Shown: positions 1 through 8,225 of the stretch, one piece after another
How positions within the stretch are numbered: position 1 is the first letter of the stretch
Layout: every line of letters starts with the position of its first letter
Virus record (IMG/VR): IMGVR_UViG_3300020526_000001
Source: an uncultured virus (IMG/VR IMGVR_UViG_3300020526_000001)
Taxonomy: Duplodnaviria > Heunggongvirae > Uroviricota > Caudoviricetes
Length of the DNA stretch: 20,000 nt
Reading direction: 5' to 3' (one strand)
Made by a program: the position numbers and the translations under genes
The notes under the pieces: generated by a model
What the model saw: only the letters and a program-made list of their open reading frames with translations
Databases searched by the model: none
What the model was told of the DNA's origin: nothing

Positions 1-2106
1 GCATCGGATCTAATTGATTTGGATAATCCAAATTATCAGTTTGTTGCAGCAAGACTTCTATTGTTTTCTGTAAGAAAGTCTTTGTATGGGAAAATTCAAC
101 ACCATCCTACTTTCCTAGATCACATTAAAAAATGTGTAACCGCTGGTGTTTATGACAAAGAAATTCTCACAAACTATTCTGAAGAAGAACTTAATAAACT
201 TGGTTCGTATATTAATCATAATCGTGACTACTTATTCACTTATGCGGGTCTACGTCAAGTCGTTGATAAGTACCTCGTGCAAGATAGAAGCAGTGGAAGT
301 GTATATGAAACCCCACAGTTTATGTACATGATGATTGCTGCGACAATTTTTTCTCAATACTCAAAAGAAATTCGTCTTTCATACGTAAAGAGGTACTATG
401 ACGCAATCTCCAAACACAAAATCAACATTCCCACACCTATCATGGCAGGAGTGCGAACTCCACTTCGACAATTTGCTAGCTGTGTTCTTGTTGATTCTGA
501 TGACACCCTCGATAGCATCTTTAGTTCTGATATGGCTATCGGCAGATATGTTGCACAAAGGGCGGGAATCGGTATCAACGCAGGCAGAATCCGTGGCATT
601 AACGCTAAAATCAGAGGTGGAGAAGTTCAGCACACAGGTGTTGTACCATTCCTCAAAAAATTTGAGAGCACTGTCAGATGCTGCACTCAAAATGGCATCC
701 GAGGTGGATCAGCAACTGTCCACTTTCCAATCTGGCACCAAGAAATCGAAGACATTCTAGTTCTCAAGAACAACAAAGGAACTGAAGATAATCGAGTTCG
801 TAAACTTGACTACTCCATTCAAATTTCCAAGTTATTCTATGAAAGGTTTATCAAAGATGAAGAGATTACTCTCTTCAGTCCCCACGACGTACCTGGACTT
901 TATGATTCTTTCGGACTCCCTGAGTTTGACGATCTCTATGCTTCATATGAAAAAGATCCGTCCGTTAAGAAAAAAACTATTAAGGCACAGGAACTCATTC
1001 TTGATCTCCTCAAAGAACGTGCTGAAACGGGTCGTATCTACATAATGAATATCGATCATTGCAACTCTCATTCTTCATTTAATGATAAGATTTGGATGAG
1101 CAATCTTTGTCAGGAAATTACGCTACCAACTAAACCATTACAACATATTGATGATCCAGATGGTGAGATTGCTCTTTGTATTCTTTCTGCAATTAATGTC
1201 GGTAAAGTAAAGTCAGACGAAGAGTTTGAAGAACTCTGTGATCTTTCTGTTCGTGGACTTGAAGAACTGATCGATTATCAGGAATATCCAGTTTCTGCAG
1301 CAGAGAAATCAACTAAAGCACGTCGTTCACTTGGCATTGGATATATTGGTTTGGCACACTATTTGGCAAAACTTGGATTTAGTTATAATTCTCAGGAAGC
1401 ATGGGATGCAGTTCATGGACTTTCGGAGTCTTTTCAATATTATTTGCTAAAGTCTTCTAATCAAATTGCAAAAGAAAAAGGTTCTTGCGAATATTTTAAT
1501 CGTACAAAATACTCACAGGGGTTACTTCCAATTGATACCTATAAAAAAGATGTAGACGAAATTACTTCTATTACATATCAACATGATTGGGAAACTTTAC
1601 GTTCCGAGATTAAAGCATTTGGTCTACGACATTCAACACTGTCCGCACAAATGCCATCGGAGAGCAGTTCCGTTGTGTCAAATGCAACCAATGGAATCGA
1701 ACCACCTAGAGGATACTTGTCCATTAAGAAATCAAAGAAAGGACCTCTTAAGCAAATTGTTCCACAGTATCAATCACTTAAGAACAACTATACGCTTCTT
1801 TGGGATATGCCTGATAACAATGGTTATATTAATATTGTTTCTGTAATGCAAAAGTTTTTTGACCAGGCAATTTCTGGTAACTGGAGTTATAATCCAGAAA
1901 ACTATCCAGACAATGAAGTTCCCGTGACGGTCATGGCAAATGATTTCTTAAAAACTTATAAGTATGGATGGAAAACTTCTTATTATCAAAATACCTACGA
2001 TATTAAAACGGATGAGGTAAAGGAAGAACATAAGAATGTTGATGATTTAATTAAAGAAATTTTAAATTCAGAAGGAGAAGAGGATTGTGAATCCTGTAAA
2101 ATTTAG
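1..2106 (+). CDS. nrdA: Ribonucleotide reductase class Ia alpha subunit (5'-truncated; frame open from base 1)
   Basis: Motifs PTPIMAG, QFASCVL, SNLCQEI (thiyl Cys), ALCILSAIN, MPSESSS, KTSYY and C-terminal CESC redox pair. Frame 1 reads ASDLIDLDNP from position 1, so the TTG at 19 is not the real start. Confidence 0.98.
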   Translation, partial: ASDLIDLDNPNYQFVAARLLLFSVRKSLYGKIQHHPTFLDHIKKCVTAGVYDKEILTNYSEEELNKLGSYINHNRDYLFTYAGLRQVVDKYLVQDRSSGSVYETPQFMYMMIAATIFSQYSKEIRLSYVKRYYDAISKHKINIPTPIMAGVRTPLRQFASCVLVDSDDTLDSIFSSDMAIGRYVAQRAGIGINAGRIRGINAKIRGGEVQHTGVVPFLKKFESTVRCCTQNGIRGGSATVHFPIWHQEIEDILVLKNNKGTEDNRVRKLDYSIQISKLFYERFIKDEEITLFSPHDVPGLYDSFGLPEFDDLYASYEKDPSVKKKTIKAQELILDLLKERAETGRIYIMNIDHCNSHSSFNDKIWMSNLCQEITLPTKPLQHIDDPDGEIALCILSAINVGKVKSDEEFEELCDLSVRGLEELIDYQEYPVSAAEKSTKARRSLGIGYIGLAHYLAKLGFSYNSQEAWDAVHGLSESFQYYLLKSSNQIAKEKGSCEYFNRTKYSQGLLPIDTYKKDVDEITSITYQHDWETLRSEIKAFGLRHSTLSAQMPSESSSVVSNATNGIEPPRGYLSIKKSKKGPLKQIVPQYQSLKNNYTLLWDMPDNNGYINIVSVMQKFFDQAISGNWSYNPENYPDNEVPVTVMANDFLKTYKYGWKTSYYQNTYDIKTDEVKEEHKNVDDLIKEILNSEGEEDCESCKI

Positions 2107-3271
2107 AGTTAATTCCGATAAAACTACAGAAATTTCTGGTATGACTGTTTTTAACACAAACAAGACGGATATAAAAAAGCAACCAATGTTTTTTGGATCT
2201 CCTTTAGGAGTGCAAAGGTATGATACTTATAAGTATCCTATTTTCGATAAACTGACTACTCAACAATTGGGATATTTCTGGAGACCTGAGGAGGTCTCCC
2301 TCCAAAAAGATAGAGCAGATTATCAAACTCTTAGACCAGAACAAAAACATATCTTCACTTCTAATCTTAAATATCAAATTCTTCTTGATAGTGTACAAGG
2401 TCGTGGTCCTGGTATGGCATTTATGCCATATTGTTCTCTTCCTGAATTGGAAGCTTGTATGAACGTTTGGGAATTTATGGAGATGATTCATAGTCGATCA
2501 TACACTTACATTATCAAAAATGTATATTCTGATCCAACTGAAGTATTTGATTCAATTATTACTGATGAAAGAATTTTAGAAAGAGCAGCATCAGTTACAG
2601 GTGCATATGATGATTTTATTAATACTGCTCAGGTTTATGGATCTTCAAATGCTTGGAGGTTTGCACAAGAAGGTGCTGGATCTTCCAGAGATGATCGTAT
2701 TGAATTAAAAAGAAAACTTTATCGTGCAGTTGCCAATGTCAATATTCTCGAAGGTATCAGATTCTATGTTTCGTTCGCTTGCTCGTTTGCATTTGGTGAA
2801 CTCAAACTTATGGAAGGATCCGCTAAAATTATCTCTCTCATCGCAAGAGACGAAAACCAACATCTTGTCATTACTCAAAACATCCTCAACAAATGGAATG
2901 ATGGGGATGATCCAGAAATGCAGCAAATTGCTAAAGAAGAAGAAGAATGGGTGAAAAAAGCATTTGAGAATTGTGTGAATGAGGAAAAACGTTGGGCAGA
3001 ATATCTTTTTAAAGATGGCTCAATGATTGGTCTTAATGACAAACTTCTTCATCAATACGTTGAGTGGATTGCAAATCGAAGGATGAAAGCAATTGGACTA
3101 AAACCGATGTATGATATTCCTGCAAAGAATAATCCACTTCCTTGGACCGAGCATTGGATTTCTTCTAAAGGTCTCCAGGTTGCTCCACAAGAAACCGAAG
3201 TTGAAAGTTATGTTGTTGGTGGTATTAAGCAAGATTTGAAAAAAGATACCTTTGCTGGGTTCCAACTTTGA
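2087..3271 (+). CDS. nrdB: Ribonucleotide reductase class Ia beta subunit
   Basis: FWRPEEV, LDSVQGRG, EMIHSRSY (metal ligand plus radical Tyr), LEGIRFYVSF, RDENQH, VAPQETEVESY. GTG start overlaps the nrdA end by 20 nt; ATG at 2141 is an alternative start. Confidence 0.97.
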   Translation: MNPVKFRVNSDKTTEISGMTVFNTNKTDIKKQPMFFGSPLGVQRYDTYKYPIFDKLTTQQLGYFWRPEEVSLQKDRADYQTLRPEQKHIFTSNLKYQILLDSVQGRGPGMAFMPYCSLPELEACMNVWEFMEMIHSRSYTYIIKNVYSDPTEVFDSIITDERILERAASVTGAYDDFINTAQVYGSSNAWRFAQEGAGSSRDDRIELKRKLYRAVANVNILEGIRFYVSFACSFAFGELKLMEGSAKIISLIARDENQHLVITQNILNKWNDGDDPEMQQIAKEEEEWVKKAFENCVNEEKRWAEYLFKDGSMIGLNDKLLHQYVEWIANRRMKAIGLKPMYDIPAKNNPLPWTEHWISSKGLQVAPQETEVESYVVGGIKQDLKKDTFAGFQL

Positions 3272-3277
3272 TTTATC

Positions 3278-3300
3278 GGGGGCAACTGCCCCCTTTTTTT
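3278..3300 (+). terminator. Intrinsic terminator after nrdB
   Basis: GGGGGC-AACT-GCCCCC followed by T7. Confidence 0.9.
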
Positions 3301-3307
3301 ATAAATA
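3300..3307 (+). promoter_or_regulatory. T4-type late promoter
   Basis: Exact TATAAATA about 22 nt upstream of ATG 3330. Confidence 0.85.
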
Positions 3308-3329
3308 ACTAAAAAACTAGAGTATAAAA

Positions 3330-4859
3330 ATGTCCAGCATTAACGAAGAAATGAGTTCTGACCAGAAAAAAAGAGCAAAGAAGATGATGGGGCAACTTAC
3401 TCAAAATCCTATTACAAAATCTAGTGGTGCTGGTGCATTATCCCCAGAAGCAGCAGAAGAGTTGGGGGATAAAGCAAAAGAATTGAGAAAGAAAAAATTA
3501 GCAAAAGTTGGACTACCTAGTATTAATAAAAATCCATTTAGCAAAGAAATGAAGGAAGAGATGATTTCCGAAAGAGAAATGACTACTGGAGAAATGAAAA
3601 AAGAGAAGAAACTAAAGAAAAAGTATGATACTTCAGCAATGAAGAAAAGTATGATTGATCAATACGGCAAAGAAAGAGGAACTCAAATTTATTTTGCCAC
3701 CATTCGTAAGCAAGCAATGGCAAATTCATTTGAACCAGAAGGTGAGCAACTTGATGAACTTGCACCACTTGCTGCTGGAGCACTCGCAGCAGGTGCTGCT
3801 GGACTTGGTGCAATGGCAATCAATAGAGCAAGGCAGGCAGCAAAGTCTGGAGTAGATGCTGCTAAATCTGGAGCAAAAGTAAAACCATCTACTGGAATTG
3901 CTGGTGCGGCATATGGAATGCAAAAAAGAAATCAAGCACTTAATTCGGCAATGCAACAACTGCGTCAGGCATTTGATTATGATGATGCCTATGATTATAT
4001 TATTGAAATGCTAGTTGCTGCTGATTTTGCAGAAGATTATGAAGCAGCAGAAGTAATGTTTGAGCACATTAGTGATGAGTTTACCTCTGTTATTCTTGAG
4101 GAGTATATTGAAGAGAAGGCAAGAGGAACTAGAAAGAAAACAACAGTTCACGCATATGATGTTGACGAAACTCTCTTTGGACACGGTAAGAAGGGCAAAC
4201 CAAACGTTCAGGTTCACGTCAAGGATACGTCTGGAAAAAGAGTTAAGAGTCTAAGCAACCAGGAGTTCAATACTCATAAGTTGGATAAGGGACATTCTTA
4301 TGACTTCAGTGAGTTCCAAAGTGCGAAGAAATTTTCTCAAACTGCTAGTCCAAACAAGAAAGTAATTAAGGATATCAAGAGAAAGCAAGCAAGAGGACAA
4401 AACGTTCATCTTATTACTGCTCGTTCTAAGTTTGACAATCCAAGTGAATTCCAAGGACACCTCAAGAAGCACGGTGTTGACGTAGATAAGAAGAACATTC
4501 ACTACACTGGTGGAATGAAGGGTGGTGATATTGGTAAGAAAAAAGTTGATGTTGCGAATGCAGTAGCAAAACAAAGTGGTTCCAAAAAAACTCATATGTA
4601 TGATGATGCTGCCAAAGTCCATAAAGCATTTGAGAAGGAAAAGAAAGAGAACCCAACTTCAAAGACAATCAAAACTCATATGGTAGCACCAGACAGTTCT
4701 GGAGAATCAAGAGTTCGTTCTTTCCAAGCAACTAAAGGTGGAACAACTGGTGGTCCAGAAAAGACCACTAAAGAAAAGCAACGCGCTAGAAAGAAAGCAA
4801 GAAAGAATATGGGTGAGGAGATGACTGCTTACGATTACTGGAAGCAGTTCATTGATTGA
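3330..4859 (+). CDS. Modular late protein with C-terminal HAD-superfamily phosphatase-like domain
   Basis: 509 aa. HAD motif I YDVDETLF (4155), motif II LITARS, Lys in KKKV, motif IV MYDD (4596). N-terminal half is low-complexity K/A/G blocks plus an acidic helical motif shared with ORF 5379. Confidence 0.75.
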   Translation: MSSINEEMSSDQKKRAKKMMGQLTQNPITKSSGAGALSPEAAEELGDKAKELRKKKLAKVGLPSINKNPFSKEMKEEMISEREMTTGEMKKEKKLKKKYDTSAMKKSMIDQYGKERGTQIYFATIRKQAMANSFEPEGEQLDELAPLAAGALAAGAAGLGAMAINRARQAAKSGVDAAKSGAKVKPSTGIAGAAYGMQKRNQALNSAMQQLRQAFDYDDAYDYIIEMLVAADFAEDYEAAEVMFEHISDEFTSVILEEYIEEKARGTRKKTTVHAYDVDETLFGHGKKGKPNVQVHVKDTSGKRVKSLSNQEFNTHKLDKGHSYDFSEFQSAKKFSQTASPNKKVIKDIKRKQARGQNVHLITARSKFDNPSEFQGHLKKHGVDVDKKNIHYTGGMKGGDIGKKKVDVANAVAKQSGSKKTHMYDDAAKVHKAFEKEKKENPTSKTIKTHMVAPDSSGESRVRSFQATKGGTTGGPEKTTKEKQRARKKARKNMGEEMTAYDYWKQFID

Positions 4860-4861
4860 TA

Positions 4862-5332
4862 ATGAAGTTTAATTTTTCTTTTGGAAAGAAAAGAAGAGGA
4901 GTTATAGAATGGGCAAAGATTTCTATACTCCTTGAAGGTATTATTGATTTTTTATCAAACAAATTTAGTATTGATAAGAAGAAACTTTGGGATATTGTAG
5001 ATGAAATCCAAAGAGAACTTCTCAAAAGAGGTTGGATTGATGATACTGTAAATGATTATGTCATCAATACTCCAGAATTATTAGACCAAAGAGTTGAAAG
5101 AGATGTAGATAAAGCAATAGAAGAATACAAAAAACTGGAAGAAGAACCAGTTAATATGAAGAATGAAGTGATATTAAAAGAGATTGAAAAACCAAAATAT
5201 ACAGAGACCCAAAAGAAGATTGTAAAGGATGCTGTATATTATGAAAAACCTTCAGATGGCAGTAAAGCACAAGACCTTTTGGGTGGAGAGATTGGTATAA
5301 GAAGTGTTTGGGTAAATGATGAGGATAAATAA
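4862..5332 (+). CDS. Hypothetical protein (156 aa)
   Basis: Open frame between the two modular genes; ATG 4862 preferred over TTG 4856; no motif recognised. Confidence 0.75.
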   Translation: MKFNFSFGKKRRGVIEWAKISILLEGIIDFLSNKFSIDKKKLWDIVDEIQRELLKRGWIDDTVNDYVINTPELLDQRVERDVDKAIEEYKKLEEEPVNMKNEVILKEIEKPKYTETQKKIVKDAVYYEKPSDGSKAQDLLGGEIGIRSVWVNDEDK

Positions 5333-5342
5333 AGGATAAATA
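5324..5342 (+). promoter_or_regulatory. Two tandem late-promoter-like NATAAATA boxes
   Basis: GATAAATA at 5324-5331 and 5335-5342, upstream of ATG 5379. Confidence 0.6.
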
Positions 5343-5378
5343 ATATTAAGAAAAGTACTTTTCAATACCCAAAGAAAG

Positions 5379-7322
5379 ATGAATAAAAAAGACTTGGATG
5401 CTTTGGCAGGTTTATATGAAGGTGTTTATATGGATGAAGCTGGAATGAATATGTTCTCAACTCCAGCTATGCAGGCAGCTCAAAGAAATAGAAATACTTC
5501 CCAAGCTGCAAATTTTTTCACTAATCGTTCGTCAAATCCAGCAAAACCTGCATTTGATAGAGCTATAAGTCAAGCAAAATCTAATCAAGATTGGAAATCT
5601 GCAAGAGAAACATCTGCTTCAAATACAGCAGGAGCTGAAAGAATTTTTAAGTTAAAACCAGGATCTTTAAGTCAATCTTCGACAAAACCTACAAAGCCTG
5701 CAACAACTACTTCGACAGCAAATCCAGCAGGAACTTCTTCTGCATCAAAACCTGGAACCCCTGGTTCTGGGTCAAAAGTTGTTCCTTCAGCAAAACCAGC
5801 AACTTCAGCAAAACCAGCAGGGTCAGCAATGGACCAGTGGGCTGCTGCAAATCCAAAACTTGCTGCAGCAAAAGCAGAAAGAGATAGAACAAGAGGAACT
5901 AGTGCAACTACAAATCCTCTAATGAAGGATTTTAAAGATAGACTTCCTGCACCAAAATCACCTTCACCAACAACATCAACAACAGCATTCGCAAAATCAA
6001 CACCAGCATTGGCATCATCAACACCTGCTGTGCAATCTGCTGGAACTGCAGCAGCTGCTAAACCAACTACAAATCAAACTGCAACTGCATTTTCAAGTCC
6101 ATCTTTAAGACCAACACCATCAACTACTCCAATCAGAAAACCAGGAGCAGTTATGGCATCTTTTGAGTGGGGTTCAAAGGCAACTCTTAAGGATGTTGCA
6201 AGTCTTTATAGTTCAATCTATGAGGGTAAAAAGAAGGACCAAGACCAAGATGGTGATAATGATTTCGCAGATGTAAGAATTGCAAGAATGATTGCATCTG
6301 GAATGTCAAAAGCAGAGGCAATCGCAGCAGTTAGAAATAAAGAATATAATGAAGAATTTGAATATTGGGTAGATTCTCTTGTAGAAGAGGGTTATGACCT
6401 TTCTGATTACACTATGGACGAAATGTTTGACATCTATCTTGATGAAGCAGAAGGTTCCTACGGTTCTACTCCAAAAGCAAGAGCAGCAATGAGTAAACTA
6501 GCTGCTGCCAGAGCTCGTAAACCTGCAAGTGAGTATTCACAAAAGGGTGAAAAAACTAGAAAAGTAAAGGCAGCAGAAAAGCAAACGAAAAGACAAGATA
6601 TGCTTTCTAGGGGTCTTTCTGGAGGTAAGAAATCTTCTAGACCTTTTGGTTCTAGAGGTAAGATGGATGCCGATGAGAGAACAGAAAGAAGGTCTGAGCG
6701 TGCTTTTGATTTAGAAACCAAATATGGGGAGGGTTCAATTACCAAGAATCCTAAGAAACTCCGCAAGCAAAAGGCAATGGGTGAGTTTGGTGAGGCATAC
6801 GAGATTGATGAAGCAACCAGAATGCGTAAGGAACTAGGTAAGGAAGGTGAGATTGAAACCCGCAAGGAACTTGCAGCACGTTCTAAGGCATACAAGCGTT
6901 CTGGAAGTGTAGATAAGACCATTGCAGCAGCAGAGAGAGGTGCCGACCGTCCTTATATTAAATACAAACGTGATGAGTCTGACGCAGACAGAAAGAAGAG
7001 AGAAGAAAGACAAAGTAGAACTCTAAGAGGACTTGCAGCATCCAGAAGAGGTTCTGTTAGAGATAATCCAAGAGCAGGAATGCGTGGTTATGCTGCTAAG
7101 GTAGAGGGTAGTGATAAGGACCTACAATCAGCAAGACAAAAAGCAATGTCTGCTGGAACTCTAACTCCAAAAGAGAAAAAGCAGTTGGGTGAAGTTTATG
7201 AGATTGTAGCATCATACCTCCTTGAGAACAACTTTGCTGCAACTCTTAATGATGCCAATGTCATTATTGAAAATATGAGTGAAACTTGGTTAGAGGAAAT
7301 TCTAACCGAAAGAAGAAAATAA
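5379..7322 (+). CDS. Large modular low-complexity late protein, possible virion internal protein
   Basis: 647 aa. P/A/T/S-rich tract, DQDQDGDNDFAD loop, acidic helical blocks, K/R-rich blocks; C-terminal 39-aa motif aligns with ORF 3330. Function is inferred. Confidence 0.7.
   Translation: MNKKDLDALAGLYEGVYMDEAGMNMFSTPAMQAAQRNRNTSQAANFFTNRSSNPAKPAFDRAISQAKSNQDWKSARETSASNTAGAERIFKLKPGSLSQSSTKPTKPATTTSTANPAGTSSASKPGTPGSGSKVVPSAKPATSAKPAGSAMDQWAAANPKLAAAKAERDRTRGTSATTNPLMKDFKDRLPAPKSPSPTTSTTAFAKSTPALASSTPAVQSAGTAAAAKPTTNQTATAFSSPSLRPTPSTTPIRKPGAVMASFEWGSKATLKDVASLYSSIYEGKKKDQDQDGDNDFADVRIARMIASGMSKAEAIAAVRNKEYNEEFEYWVDSLVEEGYDLSDYTMDEMFDIYLDEAEGSYGSTPKARAAMSKLAAARARKPASEYSQKGEKTRKVKAAEKQTKRQDMLSRGLSGGKKSSRPFGSRGKMDADERTERRSERAFDLETKYGEGSITKNPKKLRKQKAMGEFGEAYEIDEATRMRKELGKEGEIETRKELAARSKAYKRSGSVDKTIAAAERGADRPYIKYKRDESDADRKKREERQSRTLRGLAASRRGSVRDNPRAGMRGYAAKVEGSDKDLQSARQKAMSAGTLTPKEKKQLGEVYEIVASYLLENNFAATLNDANVIIENMSETWLEEILTERRK
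5785..5819 (+). repeat. Tandem 17-bp direct repeat, 18-nt period (SAKPA x2)
   Basis: CTTCAGCAAAACCAGCA at 5785-5801 and 5803-5819, in frame within ORF 5379. Confidence 0.85.
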
Positions 7323-7344
7323 TTATTACAATTCACACAATTTT

Positions 7345-7371
7345 ACACCCCCTTGACGGGGGTGTTTTTTT
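7345..7371 (+). terminator. Intrinsic terminator with a sigma70 -35 box in its loop
   Basis: ACACCCCC-TTGAC-GGGGGTGT followed by a T run. Confidence 0.9.
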
Positions 7372-7382
7372 ATGTCTAAAAT
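7353..7382 (+). promoter_or_regulatory. Sigma70-like promoter
   Basis: TTGACG (7353) - 18 nt - TAAAAT (7377). Confidence 0.55.
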
Positions 7383-7443
7383 GACTCTGTGGAGTTTCAA
7401 GAAAATTCTAGGTTCTAAATATCTCAAAGTACAATAATACAAT

Positions 7444-7869
7444 ATGAGTTATGAAAACCCTTGGAGATTCAATGGGGAAATTTTTGAGTCTGATAATATT
7501 CAAGATAATTTTGGTTTTGTATATCTTATATCTTGTAGTAAAAATAATCGTAGATATTGGGGTAGGAAGTATTTCTGGAGTTTCCGCAAAAAGGGAACAA
7601 ACAGTAGACGAACTAAGATGGAGTCTGACTGGAAAAAATACTATGGTTCCTGTCCAGAACTCAAAGAAGATATAAAAAAATATGGTAAAGAGTTTTTCAC
7701 TAGAGAAATTATAAGTCTTCATAAGACAAAAGGAAAATGCAATTACGAAGAAACCAGACAACTCTTTGTAAATAACGTTTTAATTGAGTCTCTTGACGAT
7801 GGGACTCCTGCGTATTATAATTCTAATGTCCTAGGAAGATATTATCGGAAGGATTACTTTAATGAATGA
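7444..7869 (+). CDS. GIY-YIG family endonuclease (Seg-like, short)
   Basis: GFVYLI...RRYWGRKYF, WKKYYGS, FTREII, CNYEE and YYNSN match the GIY-YIG core of T4-like phage Seg-type proteins. Confidence 0.8.
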   Translation: MSYENPWRFNGEIFESDNIQDNFGFVYLISCSKNNRRYWGRKYFWSFRKKGTNSRRTKMESDWKKYYGSCPELKEDIKKYGKEFFTREIISLHKTKGKCNYEETRQLFVNNVLIESLDDGTPAYYNSNVLGRYYRKDYFNE

Positions 7870-8059
7870 CCTAAAAGTAAAAAAAGTCTGCAATACTTTG
7901 ATTGAAAATCATATCAATCGAATGCACGAATTGTGTGATGAGGGTCGAATCAAAGATGCTGAAAGTGTTTATGGTGAGATTCGAGATTGGGTGATTCAAA
8001 AAGAAAATCTAGAAGTTTTATCATTGGAGTATATTAGTGGTTATTTTCTAGATTTGTAA
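7862..8059 (+). CDS. Hypothetical protein (65 aa)
   Basis: ATG overlaps the GIY-YIG gene end; no motif recognised. Confidence 0.65.
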   Translation: MNDLKVKKVCNTLIENHINRMHELCDEGRIKDAESVYGEIRDWVIQKENLEVLSLEYISGYFLDL

Positions 8060-8083
8060 CAAAACTAAATAATCACTTATAAT
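8054..8083 (+). promoter_or_regulatory. Sigma70-like promoter
   Basis: TTGTAA (8054) - 18 nt - TATAAT (8078); a late-like ACTAAATA lies in the spacer. Confidence 0.55.
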
Positions 8084-8102
8084 GTAAAATCCAAACTTGG
8101 AT

Positions 8103-8125
8103 CCCTATTATGAGTAGGGTTTTTT
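8103..8125 (+). terminator. Terminator-like hairpin
   Basis: CCCTATT-ATG-AGTAGGG followed by T6 (one G-U pair, small loop). Confidence 0.5.
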
Positions 8126-8136
8126 ATTATGAGATT

Positions 8137-8216
8137 TTGAATGATTTTTAGAGCCGTGGGTAATGCCTTCTGAGAAGAAGGAACTTCTCCTTTACCTAGA
8201 CGGATGTAGAGTTCAA
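8137..8216 (+). ncRNA. Candidate structured leader RNA, family unassigned
   Basis: Nested pairings TTGAA/TTCAA, CCGT/ACGG, GGGTAA/TTACCT and CCTTCT-GAGA-AGAAGG; ends 9 nt before ATG 8226. Confidence 0.45.
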
Positions 8217-8225
8217 TTAATTTTA

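Noticed and set aside
146..2954. Alternate-frame and antisense ORFs of 60-120 aa inside nrdA and nrdB
   Set aside because: Fully nested in conserved genes with no motifs; typical shadow ORFs.
1..3271. Intron or intein in nrdA/nrdB, common in T4-like phages
   Set aside because: Both frames are continuous with normal motif spacing; no intein termini or intron gap in the visible part.
5640..6160. Repetitive P/A/T/S-coding tract as a CRISPR array or DNA repeat array
   Set aside because: Only in-frame low-complexity coding repeats; no constant repeat with unique spacers and no cas genes.
6458..6922. 154-aa minus-strand ORF
   Set aside because: L/S/F-rich mirror of the K/R/E-rich sense gene; no independent expression signals seen.
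8163..8225. Upstream ATG extending the lysozyme gene by 21 aa
   Set aside because: Would bury the signal-like peptide and lies within the predicted leader structure; 8226 is preferred, though unproven.
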